Shown in pieces: positions 1 through 29,390 of a stretch of DNA of 39,287 nt. Both the position numbers and the translations under genes were made by a program. This stretch comes from Tubiluchus corallicola (taxonomy: Eukaryota > Animalia > Priapulida). Every line of letters begins with the position of its first letter. Positions within the stretch are counted from its first letter, which is position 1. Under the pieces are notes generated by a model that was not told where the DNA came from, did not search any database, and saw nothing but the letters and a program-made list of their open reading frames with translations. The stretch is taken from assembly GCA_030141605.1 (NCBI GenBank), contig JAQGDQ010001470.1, positions 1 through 39,287 on the forward strand, read 5' to 3'.

Positions 1-725
1 TGCACTAGATAAATTCTCTAATACACCATAGAACAGTTAGTATCATCTCTACTCAAGGCATGTGTAATGAAGACTTGTTTAGATTTTCATGTATGCATCA
101 TGTTTTATGCTTTCCCACCATTACGATCTAAAACGGCAGGTTGTTTTGATCTTGTTTCATAATGTAGTGGTTTAGAGCTGTACTTTACAACTGCATGTCA
201 TTGTTGATAATTACGCCTGTAGTTTGATGGCCCAACCAAAACTGACCAGTCTATAGGCCCACGGCAAAACTAACTAGTTTATGCTTCGCGCTACTAATTA
301 ACAAGAGAGACAGACGTGTTCGTTCTTTTGCGGTAGTTGAACTTGTAAATTATGCCCACCTGTGTTATTTGGATTACCATAAATGAATTTTTACTTTTAT
401 TAGGATCACCATAAATGAATTTTTACTTGTGTTTCTTTCTTCTTCTACTTGTAATACTTCGTTTGGCTGGAAGTACGGGTATGTAATAAATAGATATCTT
501 GTATACTAGTATCTTGCAATTTGTTGAACATTAAAACTTAAGCTTAATTACATCTATAGATGTAATTTAAACTACGTATTTCTCCCCGAGAGAGTTAAGT
601 TACTAGGCTTAGAATTTCTTGAAGAAAAAAACGTATAAAAACGATTTAGGTTTTATAGCTACGTTAATTCCGTACCGTGGAAAAACTCCGATCAGTAATA
701 TTACTGTACTGCATAAATAAAGCTT

Positions 726-890
726 ATATATATATATATATAGACTTTATTTATGCATATATATTTATATATATAAATATATATATTAAATATATATTAA
801 TATATATATATATATATATAATATAAATATATATTAAATATATATATATATAAATAATATATATATATATATAAAATTTATATATATATA
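726..890. repeat. Imperfect (TA)n microsatellite
   Basis: Directly visible. Confidence 0.9.
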
Positions 891-2043
891 AAACACACTG
901 AAACTATAAACTTGTAACTTTCACAATCAGGAAAAAATCTGCTGCAATATCATATTATGAAATCTAAACTTTGTAGGGCACTTTTTTCTAATGTTATCGT
1001 TGTATAAATGTTGCCACATTTTTTCTACGCTACTCGAATATACGCTGTAGAATTTGATACGCCGTACTTCTAAACTTGACCTTCATTAAGGCAATTGCAC
1101 ACATGAAATTTTTGTGGAATCAAACTAGGCTTCGTAAAGTTTGGATTTCGTGTGCGCGCAATGCGTGATGCGAGTTGACTGTTTCTGTGTGTTCCTTTCG
1201 CTATTCTTCCTTAGGATTAATGTTCCTAAAAACGATGAACGACAATGTGTAGAAAGTCACAAGGAATAAGCCTTTTCATAGTTCCAGCGATTGATGATGA
1301 TCGTGAGAAGTTCAAAAATAAAGTGTACCAAACAGCGCATTTGTGTACACTTGTCAATTGTAATAGTAATTAAGAAAAGGGGGGAAAGATAGCTATAGAA
1401 CCTCACGTAGTTCATTGTTCTCATGCAAGATCCCGCACAGACTAATGCGTAATTAAGTTCAGGTGAAACAACTGAAGTTACTGAACTGGTCTTTACGCAC
1501 GTGTCACGTGACGCTTGTAGCTAAGACGCGTTGCTGTGGTACACTTAACCTTTGACCTACAGCAATTGCTCCTGCGCACAGCTAAACTGGGAAAGGGCTT
1601 ATTACTAGCTGTACAAAAGTTATTCGTATTTCTTTTTCTGTTTTTGTCCCTTTGTCACTTAAAGAAAGAGTATAAATGGTAGTTTGAAACGCTGTGTTCT
1701 TTCTTTGTTTTTTCCTTGTCTTTAACTCTGGGATTTTTTATTCGTTGCTCTAAAAGTTAATATATGTTAATTAACAGAATAAATTCTATTGTGTGCCAAG
1801 TAAAGTCATTATTTAACAGAACAGTAATAAACGTTGACTTACGATATCTTATCTATTATTTTGTACCTTGCTGGCAAACGAAATTCTTTTGGAATGCGTG
1901 AGATTCTACCTTTTGTAATATTAACTATTTAATAATATTTAAAGCTGAGTAAGACAAATTACTGTTTCGTCTCAGATGCAATGATTTGACGGTTTTTACT
2001 TTTCGTAAATTTTAATTAATTCAAATAATAAATTCGGTTTCAG

Positions 2044-18240
<16,197 letters not shown>

Positions 18241-18335
18241 GCTGGAAGGTTCTGGAAACACTTCACAAGGAGCAGCGCCATCTACACAATCCTCAAATGA
18301 CTCAACATTGGGATATCAATATTGGAGCAAGATGA
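18241..18335 (+). CDS. TTLL4: TTLL4-like terminal exon, copy B (GWKVLETLHKEQRHLHNPQMTQHWDINIGAR*)
   Basis: Identical GATTTTCTAG acceptor 80 bp downstream of the first; TGA at 18333-18335. Confidence 0.55.
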
Positions 18336-20370
18336 CGTGTTTTGTTTGAATCTTCTCCAAAGTGTTCCAGAGCCTGATGATACTCATCTTCACGGTGTTT
18401 AAAGGAGAAGAATCGGGATTTTTAAAACAAACCCAAAAAACTTTCCATACAGAGTTGAGGCTTACCTGTTTGAAAGAATTGTGTAGCTAGAAAAGAAAAT
18501 TCTTAATAATTTAAAACATTCACGTGGTAAAACGTCATTGTATCACCTTCCCAGTGTGCACCACTGATTCACCAAATAACACATTATGGATCTTACTGAA
18601 TTATACAGTAATTTAAACTTTTGCTTAGTTAGTGAAGTGCACGCCATGAATACTCTGGTTATTTTTTCAAACTTTATGTAATGTTGTCTAAACTTGTTTT
18701 AAATAAAAAAACATTTCATACAAAGTTGTATCACTTAGATTTTTCTTACCTGTTTACTTGACTTGTGTAACCAGAACAGAAAATTCTTAACAATTTAAAA
18801 TATTCACGCCACCTGGTAGAACGTCACTGATTCATCGTCCCAGTGTGCACCATTGGCTCAAAAAAAGCTGCCTAATTTTAATGTTATTGACAAGATGCAA
18901 CTTAATTAAACTGTTGCTTAACTAGTGAAGAGTGTGATACGATTGATTTGATCATTTTTTCAAATTTTATGCAATGTTATCTGAACTTGTTTCAAACGAT
19001 CTACCGTCAAAATGGCTGCGTCTAACGGTCATCGCGGGAGTTTAAATTCACATGTTTTTTACAGCGTTACGGCCGATTGAAGTCCTGCACGCAAAAAGGC
19101 AGTATGTAAGTGATATAAAATTTCAAGACGAATTTCTTAAGCTTTATATAAGTGGAGAGTTTTTTCGTGCTTTAGGTGCTGGTCTCTCCACATTCTAAGT
19201 AGGCTCTGCCGTTGAACACTGGACTGCACGCTTGCAGTTACAGATCAGCAAAAATGTGTAAAAAAAGTTCTTGCTAATGTGAATAGTAATAGATTTTTCA
19301 AATCGAAATTTAATTTGCTTTTAAAATGCTCAACTCTCCTGCTAGCAACACATTCCAAAAATTCCATTCATTCTTAACAGCTTGAAGGTTAAATCTTCTT
19401 GAGAAAGTTAACAGAGACGCGCACGACAACCGAATGCTTTAAACCACAAGAAAAACCCTCCAGTTACATTAAGCTTAAAAAATTCGTCTTCTAATTTTAT
19501 ACCACTTGCATACTGCCTCTCTGCATACAGGGCTTGTGTCGGCAGCAATGTTGTATAAAACATGTTATCGTGGGAGTTTATACGGGTTTTGTACAGCATT
19601 ACTGCTAAGACAAGCAAATTTGAAAGCCACAAATGTACAGAGTAGGGGAGACCGGGGCAAATTATAATACCAGTAAATTTAACGGTTATGTACTCCCTAA
19701 TAGCCTGTTTACAGCTGCGGGTTTTAGGTCTATAAACGATAAAATTTACACCTTGTAATGTAGCGCAGTAGCTACAATTAGGCAGTTACAAGACTACCAT
19801 TAGCAATGGCTTCACTCAAGCATAACAAATGGCTTCAATTAGCATAGCTATTTGTCAGCAAGAATTTGTGTAAACTCTCAGCTTCCTGTGTCAATTATAC
19901 GAGATATTCTCCTTGCATCCGAATCACGTGCATTAAGCATCAATTAAGATTTGCTTTCATTTCGACAATTCACTATTTTCTATTTGCACGCGGCTCTGTC
20001 AACATTAAAAATGCCAAATTTTGTTTGATAATCACGGCAGATGGCTTCCTCATCCGCTTTTTCAGCTTCCCTAATTTTGGTTTGAGATGTTTCTCCTCCA
20101 TTATTGCTACATTTCGCACATCTGTTTAAATTTTTCACAGACTGTTTACAGAGCAAGATTTCCGTTTTTGCAACAGAGATTCACGTCAATAAGAAGTGAG
20201 TTATTAATGCCATCTTTTTTGGCTGCAGCTTGAGGAAGAAAATATGACATTTTTGTGACCTTGAAACTTTCCAAAATCCAGATCGCAAAAGTGAGTGTTT
20301 ATCAAAGTTAAACAACGCACAGTGCGTTCATGCTATCTTTTGAACAACTCTTTTTCTTGGATTTGTTTAA

Positions 20371-20870
20371 AGTAAAACCAAACAATTTATTGCACTCAAT
20401 CTCATTTGAATTTACTGTCCAAAATATACATTTTCTTGCATATAAGAACCGACAATTCTTTCTAATATTTAAATAAGTACCTTGAAAAGTTAACTAGCGG
20501 CAATCGAATATAGCTATCGCTTACGTCACAAATTAACCACAGTTTGTGCAATGGTGGAAATCTTCGTTGCGCGTCAAGCATTTTTACGTAACCAGAGATT
20601 GCTATTAGACGCTGATGTCAACGAAAATGAGCACTACGTCACACTGACGTCACAGACGAACAGTGCAGTTCGTGATCATTCTTATCATCATGGCACATCA
20701 TCGCCAGTCTCTGTAGATTCGCTGAACTGTGTGTAGTTTTGAAAGTTTGACGAAATTTAACTATCCGAGGTAATTATTATTTAATCTAAGCTTCGATTGA
20801 AAAAAGCTGTTGTAGTTTTCAATATTTTAGAGCATACTTACATATATCTAAACAATCGTCCGGTTTTTCC
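20371..20870 (+). mobile_element. Kolobok/T2-like MITE family C
   Basis: TTAA|AGTAAAACC ... GGTTTTTCC|TTAA. Colinear with 38106-38634. Confidence 0.8.
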
Positions 20871-21358
20871 TTAAATGGTACGAAACACTGGAGGTTTCAA
20901 TTCAATTCAATTCCGTTTTATTTCGTTGAAAAAGTTTAATCAGTGAGCCGCTGCATGTATAATTAGGCCAACTTTTTTCTGCACGTTTTCAGCAAGAAAT
21001 CGTCTCGGGAAATCAGAAGAACGTGATGAAAAATTCATCAAAGGTTTCTCCTCTTCCTTTTCTGTCCCGTAAAATTTCAAAGCCGTGCTCTTCTTCAGTC
21101 GCTATTCCCTAGTTAATAGCCAGATTACGGGAAGAAAGGAAGGGGCATGAAAAAGTGAAAGAGGGTAAGGAGAAATTTAATTACATTAGATGAATAGATG
21201 CAGTACTTTGAACAAGCAAACTGCACTTTATTCAAACTTTGTTTATTTATAGTAGGCTTACACTTAAGTGCTGAGTGCAAAATGTTAATAGAAGAATAAT
21301 ACAAGTCAAAACTAACGGTGTCTACAGCCAGAATGCTTAACAATGCGATCCTCTTTAA

Positions 21359-21816
21359 CCCTTTCAGACCCAAATTGTTTTTTAATAAGAAAAAAATTTT
21401 GGCTTGGTACTTTTGTTCAGTATGTCCATCTTGTTTACACATAATAATTATTTTTTCCTACCTGTGCCCGCGTGCTAAATATAGCCTGTATCCCACGGGA
21501 TACATTGGGATTCAAAGGAAGCATAAAATTTGCTTCATTTTGCAACTGCTGATAATGTTTTAAAGTATTTAACACATTTAGTGTGCATGCTATGCTGATC
21601 TGTACAAAGTCGTCTCTAAAGTACTGTACCTTGCACAGTTTTTTATGTTATGTAGATTTTCTAGTTTACCATTTTATCACCATTTTTAGTCTATTGTTAT
21701 TGGCTTAAATCAAAATAACTATTAGCAGATCAAATAACTGTCAGTTTTAAAATTTTATTAATTTTAAAGGCAGAAAATATTCTCGTATCCCACGGGATAC
21801 AACGGGTATGAAAGGG
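21359..21816. mobile_element. piggyBac-like non-autonomous element (458 bp)
   Basis: TTAA|CCCTTTCAGACCC ... GGGTATGAAAGGG|TTAA: a 13-bp TIR with 1 mismatch, CCC termini and a TTAA TSD. Confidence 0.85.
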
Positions 21817-23455
21817 TTAACGATGTAATATCCTTGTAACAATAAATTAATACTACTATGTAAGTAATCAGACTCCTGTAAAAAGCATTGCGTTTAGCTA
21901 ATGATGTCATGTTAAAATTTACGCACGTTCTTAAATAGTTGCGTAAATGTGAATTATTTACTCGCAAACAAGAGAACATGCGTTCAAGTCTCCAGAGATC
22001 AATAGAAGCAAACGCTGCACAATGAAAAGAAACTGTTCAAAGCCAGTTATTCGCAGGCATTACATTATTTTTACCTCGTTTGTAAGTGCACTTTAACTGT
22101 GATCATTATTCGCATTTTGTGCCATGACCCTCGATTTGTGTAAATTTAAACTCCCGCGATGACGGTTAGACGAAGCCATTTTGATGATAAGTCGTTTGAA
22201 ACAAGTTTAGATAACATTAATGTAAGTTTTGAAAAAATAATCAGAGCATTCGTATCATACACTTCACTGATCAGGTAAAATTTTAAATTATCGTATCTTG
22301 TCAATAAAATTAAAAATACGTTTTTTGTTTAGTGAGTGGCGCACCCTGGAGGGTGAATCAGCGATATTTTGCCAATTTACCAGTTACATTTCTAGCAGGT
22401 AAGTGAAATGCTAAGTAATTTGCACGAAAAGTTTTTAGGCACATAATTTAACATTTCCTTTTCTTCACCTGATTCACGTTGTGCGTATATGACGTCATGT
22501 AATGGCGCCGTCGGAACAGTATTGCGGGAGATTTAAAATGAAAACAAACAAAAATTCTTTTCAACGCGTGTACGATACACGCATAAAATTGCTATAAAAT
22601 CATATAATTTTTGAAGAGGGTTTTTCAGAAAACCCACCTCAATACCCCTTTTCTTGTCCTTTAGGGGTATTTGGTCCCAGCAATCAATAATTTTTGTCTT
22701 TATTTCTTCTAAATGAAACAATTCTCGGCGGCCATCTATAAAAGAATTTCAGCGAGCCTAGACTCTAGAGTATTAAACGTTATTTTTTCTCGACAAAGAA
22801 GCTTTTTACGTTCAGAGAGAGTATCAATGACACTGCTTTGTCTTCGTGGTTCAAGACCAGGACGTGAACTGGTTTATTTCTTTATCGTTTTGCTGCTGTT
22901 CTATTGAATAAGTTATTCGTCAACGTTCAATCGAGGATCAGCAGACATTATTCTGGAATTTAAAGGAAAGATCAAGTCTTCTGGGAGGTTAGGCAGATTT
23001 CAATGCTCGCAAAAAATGTTAGAAGGATTTAGTAATAAAACTGCAATAAGCGTCTCGTGTAATTAGTGAAATTACTTTAAAGTCGCGATCACTTCAGGCT
23101 TGGGCGCTCCAATTTTCAATGCCAATTCTTCTTCCAATGACGTCATTCGTCTTGGAGAAAAGTAGCGCATTGTCGATCTTCAACAAAAGTATAATGCGTT
23201 TTTACAAAAAAACAGACTAATTTTGTAATATTTTTGCATTAAGTAAGTTGAGAAGTTTAAATTAGTTTAAGCAGTGCGCGCTTACGAAAATTTCTATTCA
23301 GAGGTAGAGTATTTTAAATTTATGCTTTGTAGGCAGTTCTTTGCAAATTTCTTTTTTTATATATTTTTCTAAGTTTAAGTGATTACAGTAAAAAAAACCC
23401 AACATTCTGAGTGACTAGTTCTTTAAAGTTCTAATCTGCAAAAAATTTTCGAGCG

Positions 23456-23469
23456 TAAGTGGGTAAGTA

Positions 23470-23508
<39 letters not shown>

Positions 23509-23863
23509 AAAGTAAGTAAGTAAGAAAGTAAGAAAGTAAGAAAGTAAGAAAGTAAGAAAGTAAGAAAGTAAGAAAGTAAGAAAGTAAGAAAGTAAGAAAG
23601 TAAGAAAGTAAGAAAGTAAGAAAGTAAGAAAGTAAGAAAGTAAGAAAGTAAGAAAGTAAGTAAGTAAGTAAGTAAGTAAGGAAGTAAGTAAGTAAGTAAC
23701 AAGTAAGTAAGTAAGCAAGTAAGCAAGCAAGCAAGTAAGTAAGCAAGCAAAAGCAAGGAAAGTAAGAGTAAGCAAGTCAAGTAAGCAAGGTACAAGCAAG
23801 CAAGCAAGGCAAGCAAGGCAAGTGCAAGCAAGCAAGCAAGCAAGGCAAGCAAGCAAGCAAGGC

Positions 23864-23894
<31 letters not shown>

Positions 23895-24116
23895 AGAGTA
23901 AGTAAGAGAGTAAGTGAGTGAGTAAGTGAGTGAGTGAGTGAGTAAGTGAGTGAGTAAGTGAGTGAGTAAGTGAGTAAGTAAGTGAGTAAGTAAGTGAGTA
24001 AGTGAGTAAGTAAGTGAGTATGTGAATGAGTGGGTGAGTGGGTGGGTGGTTGAGTGAGTGGGTGAGTGAGTGAGTGAGTGAGTGAGTGAGTGAGTGAGTG
24101 AGTGAGTGAGTGAGTG

Positions 24117-24178
<62 letters not shown>

Positions 24179-24183
24179 CAAGC

Positions 24184-24221
<38 letters not shown>

Positions 24222-24306
24222 GTAAGTGAGTGAGTGAGTGAGTGAGTGAGTGAGTATGTGAGTGAGTGAGTGAGTGAGTGAGTAAGTAAGTGAGTAAGTA
24301 AGTAAG
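23456..24306. repeat. Compound tetranucleotide array (AAGT / AAGAAAGT / AAGC / GAGT)
   Basis: Directly visible. Confidence 0.97.
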
Positions 24307-24337
24307 TTACCCTGTCAAGTCAGGTTTGCATATATAA

Positions 24338-24935
24338 AGGAAGACAGGATGATTTTTCATGCACTACCTAATTTTCAAGTCCAATAAAAAGTGTACATTT
24401 TAACAAAATTTATGCTGCAACCACGTTTCTGATAATTAGATATTAGAATAAAGTCTTAATTAACGGCGGGCGAACGTAACTAGTGATGACGTCACAAACG
24501 AACATAATTTTCAACAACGCAAACATTCCATGAGCGTGCTGCACGTGTTTGCGAATACGAAAACTGAAATACAGCGCTACTGTACAACATTTTTTTGTAA
24601 TATACAAAAACTCTACAAATCTTAAGATAAGAATTGGAATATTAAATTTACCGCTCTGCTCGCGCATGAGCCCTCGAACAAATGTACAGCCCTGAACTGA
24701 GAGGTACAGCACCTGTTTTTCATGCAACACGTTTCCAAAGTGCAGGCGCCCATTTAACTAGCGAATGGCGAAATGGATGTAACAGCGAAGAACTAATGTC
24801 GGGAACGTGAAATTCTGCTTGTATGGTAGCAATTCTTTCCCGTAAGTCATTTTTGAAACAATAGTAAGTTTAATTTCAATATTTAAAAGAGTAAATTGTT
24901 TTGCCCTACAGTTTAACATTGGATCCGGTTTTGCT
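24338..24935 (+). mobile_element. Kolobok/T2-like MITE family A
   Basis: ATAA|AGGAAGACAGGATGATTTTTCAT ... GGTTTTGCT|TTAA. Homologous to 6069-6649. Confidence 0.8.
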
Positions 24936-25255
24936 TTAAAGAGGGAGAAGTCCTGACTGTCTGATGTTCCTAAATTACCCTTTCTTTAGTAAATAAAACT
25001 GTAAAAAACTTGAATAAAATGAGTTATGTATTTATATCTGTACCTTGTTGTATTTTAAAACTACCAAAAAAGAGAAACTATTAATTGCAATGCTGACATA
25101 TATATATTTTACAATATTTACACAATAATTTATTTATTGACGATTTACAATCCATACAATCACAATTACAATTAGAAGTTACAAAACATTACACAAACAA
25201 TGCAGTACATTACAATGAAGAAAAAACTACACAGACAAAACCCAACAAAACACAG

Positions 25256-25269
25256 TAATAATAATAATA

Positions 25270-25347
<78 letters not shown>

Positions 25348-25391
25348 ATGATGATGATTATGATGATAATGATAATAATGATGTTGATGTA
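25256..25391. repeat. (AAT)/(GAT)n microsatellite
   Basis: Directly visible. Confidence 0.96.
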
Positions 25392-26138
25392 ACATAAAAT
25401 GTTTTAAACTGTTAAATCTGAAGAGAGATTTCCTCCTTAAGGAATTTTGTTCCTTGCAAACATCTTACCAAAATCGTTTATTCATTTGCTCTTGTTTGCT
25501 TCTCTTCTACTTCATTCCTTTATTCGTCACTGATGTAATTAAAGCGCCGCAAGCGTGGAAAATTCCCCATGTAATTGACGCCTCAAACACGGAAAATTCC
25601 CAATGTAGTTAAACTCTTTAACGTGGAAAATTCCCGACGCAGCTCTGTACATTGATTTGAGAGAATTCTCGTCATTTCAGATTTTCTGAATTTGAATTTA
25701 AATGAGCCCCCTCTGACATCTTTACAAGGCAAATAAGCAACGCAAGATCGAATTATCGATTTTTGTAGTGAGGGCAATGCCGCTATCCGCTTTTTCTGGT
25801 AATAAATCAATAGTTTTTTAGTAATAAGAGTAGTAACTTTAGATTGTACGTAGAACGTTTTTTGAGGTCTGGGGGTCCGTTTTTGGATAGAAAACCAAGT
25901 GCAGTAGCGTGGCTGAGGCTTGCGGCCCCCGGGGAGCCCCCTATCCCCTGAATGAAAATGATTATGTAGTAAAATTTAAAATTCGTAGTTGCCTCCGATA
26001 AGTTGAGGCGAAAAAAATGAAAAAATAATGAAGCATTACTAAAAAAATCGGTTTGTGAAGAATAAAATTTCACCCCATGTGATTCGAAACTGAAAATTTA
26101 CGATGCTCAAAGCTTCTTTCAAATGTTAAGCTGAAATG

Positions 26139-26573
26139 GTTGGCATCCTTCTGTCTCGGAAGACAATGGAGTGTGCACCAAGAGAGTCACTTATTGATCA
26201 CATTGATGGAGTTGCAGCGTCGACTGTGGCTGAGCAGTACGATCCTTGAACGTCTCCAGGGCGCACGCCTAGGCCAGGTGTTTGGAGATCCTGAGTTTCC
26301 TAGACAACAGAAACCCCCTCTCTTCCTCCTTGGTGTAGTCCAGTGGAAAGTGGAGCGATACGTTTGGCACCAGGTTGGCTGCAGGAGCTGCCGGAGTCAG
26401 TGAGCATGCTGCACTGGTCCGCCTTCGTGGCTCCACTCCTGATTTGGAAGGTTTACTCCTCTACACACGGCCGTTACTCCACGTACTTACTCCAAGTACT
26501 AACCAGGCTCTACGTTGCTTAACTTTGGTGATCAGACGAGAACCGGTGTTTTCAACGTGATTTGGCCGTAGTT
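26139..26573 (-). mobile_element. 5S rRNA-derived SINE, second copy (intact 5' end, internal deletion)
   Basis: Body closely matches 6922-7255. Head 26491-26573 reads CTACGGCCAAATCACGTTGAAAACACCGGTTCTCGTCTGATC.. on the minus strand. Confidence 0.88.
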
Positions 26574-26797
26574 TATGTATAGTTATGTGTAGCGTTATAG
26601 GTGTATATTGAAGACCATACTGGGTTACGTCTAGTGGAGAACGTAAAATTCTCGTAAAATTACACAGTCTTTTCAATGAACTGCACAAATGAATCGATCC
26701 TTACTATTTTGGTGCGTAGTACGAACAATATTATAACGTCTTTTCTCGGTTTTAAACAAATTGCCTTGTAGCAAAGCTCCATTCACAATTGACTTAA

Positions 26798-28393
26798 AGG
26801 ACAAGAAAAAGGAGTACTTGAAGTAGGTTTCAGAAAAGTCGCCTTAGAAATTGCAGATTTGCACATATCATACTCGCGTTGAAAGACTCTTTTGTCTGTT
26901 TTCATTCTAAATTTCCCGCAATACTGTTCCGACCACGTCATTACATGACGTCATACACGCACAACCTAAATCAGGTGAAGAAAAGGGAATGTTAAATTAT
27001 GTCCCACAAAACTTTCCATGCAAAGTTATATGTACTTAGCATTTTGCTTATCTGTTTGAAAGACTTCTGTAACTAGAAAAGAAAATTATTAATTATTTAA
27101 AGTGTTTTCACCAATTGATAAAATGTCGCTGACTCACCCTACAGGGTGCGCCACTCGCTAACCAAAAACGTATTTTTAATCTTATTGAAGAGGTACAGTA
27201 ATTTTAAATTTTATTTAGTTAGTGACTTGTGCGCTACGAATGCTCTGATTATTTTTTCAAACTTTACCAAATGTTATCAAAACTTGTTTCAAATGACTTA
27301 TCGTCACAATGGCTGCGTCATCACAGGGGTTTAAATTTACATGTTTTATACAGCATTACTGCCGACGCAAGCCCTGTATGCAGAGAGGCAGTATGCAAGT
27401 GGTATAAAATTGGAAGACGAATTTTTTAAGCTTAATGTAAGTGGAGGGTTTTCTTGTGCTTTAAAGCATTCAGTTGTCGTGAGCGTCTCTGCTAACTTTC
27501 TCAAGAAGATTTAACCTTCAAGCAGACAAGAATGAATGGAATTTTTGGAATGCGTTGCTAGCAGGAGAGTTGAGCATCTTAAAAGCAAATTAAATTTCGA
27601 TTTGGAAAATCTATTACTATTCACATTAGCAAGAACTTTTTTTACACATTTTTGCTGATCTGTAACTGCAAGCGTGCAGTCCAGTGTTCAACGACAGAAC
27701 CTACTTTATGTAGACTGTGGAGAGACCAGCACCTAAAGCACGAAAAAAACTCTCCACTTATATAAAGCTTAAGAAATTCGTCTTGAAATTTTATATCACT
27801 TACATATTGCCTTTTTGCGCGCAGGACTTCAATCGGCCGTAACGTTGCAAAAAACTTGTAAATTTAAATTCCCGCGATGACCGTTAGGCGCAGCCATTTT
27901 AATGGTCATTTGAAACAAGTTTAGATAACATTAATGTAAAGTTTGAAAAAATAATTAGAGCATTTGTAGCATACATGTTGCTAATTAAGTGAAATTTTAA
28001 ATTACTGCATCTTGTCAATAAGATTAAAAATACGTTTTTGGCTAGTGAGTGGCGCACCCTGGAGGGTGTCAGCGACATTTTACCAATTGGCATAAACATT
28101 TTAAATTATTATTTCTTCTTACATAAGTCTTTCCAGTAAGTAAGTGAAATGCTAAGTAATATAGATTTGCATGAAAAGTTTTTTGGGTCATAATTTAACA
28201 TTTCCTTTTCTTCCCCTGATTTACGTATTTTATTGACGTCATGTAATGGCGCCGCGTCAGAACAGTTTTGCGAGAGATTTGAAATGAAAACAAACAACGC
28301 CAGGACGATAAACGCATAAAATTGTTGTAAAGTAATATAATTTTTTAAAGTGATTTTTGTGAAACGTACTTCAGGTACACGTTGTCTTGTCCT
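26798..28393 (+). mobile_element. Composite/foldback Kolobok-like element: two inverted ~660-bp family-B arms (26798-27460, 27737-28393) around a 268-bp spacer
   Basis: TTAA|AGGACAAGA ... TCTTGTCCT|TTAA. The inner arm ends are also bounded by TTAA/CTAA. ORFs 27146(+) and 27899(-) mirror each other. Confidence 0.85.
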
Positions 28394-29010
28394 TTAACTC
28401 ATTGTCAAAGACAATCTGCTAAAAACAAATACTGGACACGTTCATATCAATATAATAAACTTCTCGTAACGAGGTAGATAAGAACCAGAAGCTGATTATG
28501 AAGCTCAGAAACAATTTTCCCGGATGATTATCCATCCATTTATCGACGAAACACGGTGTTGTTTAACTTCGATTGCTAAGAACTGCAAACCAATGTCCAC
28601 TCACCCCACGCATTCCCATGTTGACCTAAAATACAGTAAGATGTCGTTTTTCTTAGGCAAATGAAATCCTGCATTTTCTTAGATCATTGTTAATGATTTC
28701 TGGTATTTGGCTGATTATTATCCCCAGGGCCGATCTACTGTTTCTCCGGTAAACGTAGTAAGTATTGATTTTAAGTGTTTTAACGCTTTGCACTGTTATT
28801 GGCGTTAAAATGTATAACTTTTACTGTACTTCAAAGTAGGGTAGGACATAAAAAATCACCCTGTTTTCTTTTAAGAGCATTTTTTTTAAATTACTAGAGT
28901 CTAAACCAGGGATTTGAACCTGGTTTTTTTGCTTTACAAATACAAAGCTGCGATGCAAACCTCTGCACAGCCCGTTGTTATCTGAATGATATCTAGGCTT
29001 TGACAGGACA

Positions 29011-29040
29011 CATCATCATCATCATCATCATCATCATCAT

Positions 29041-29071
<31 letters not shown>

Positions 29072-29390
29072 GTCATCGTCATCGTCATCGTCATCATCAT
29101 CATCATCATCATCAACATCATCATCATCAACATCATCGTCATCATCATCGTCATCATCATCATCATCATCATCGTCGTCGTCGTCGTCGTCGTCGTTAGC
29201 ATCATTATCATCAACATCATCATCATCGTCTTCATCATCATCATCATCATCATCAACAACAACATCATCATCATCATCATCATCATCAACAACAACATCA
29301 TCGTCATCATCATCATCAACATCATCATCATTGTCTTCATCATCATCATCATCATTATCATTATTATTACTAATATTATTATTGTTATCA
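29011..29390. repeat. (CAT)n compound microsatellite
   Basis: Directly visible. Confidence 0.96.

Larger units (their letters stand above)
18403..22660 (-). mobile_element. Composite family-B element (arm - spacer - inverted arm), interrupted by a ~2.6-kb nested insertion at 19565-22140
   Basis: TTAA|AGGAGAAG left end and TTCTTGTCCT|TTAG right end. About 18720-19564 plus 22141-22660 is the reverse complement of 26798-28393, spacer included. Confidence 0.75.

Noticed and set aside
19980-20250. Minus-strand Cys-containing frame (LLCKQSVKNLNRCAKC..KIREAEK)
   Set aside because: Short, frame-broken and not recognisable; at most a TE relic.
25860-25950. GC-rich patch with CAGTAGCGT/CAGGGG hAT-like ends
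   Set aside because: No matching second terminus or 8-bp TSD found.
28600-28760. Exon-like segments (+ 28683-28757; - 28605-28625)
   Set aside because: Splice signals only, on conflicting strands, with no recognisable homology or linked exons.
28903-28928. Hairpin AAACCAGG-GATTTGAA-CCTGGTTT with a B-box-like core
   Set aside because: No A box or tRNA cloverleaf; too short to call.
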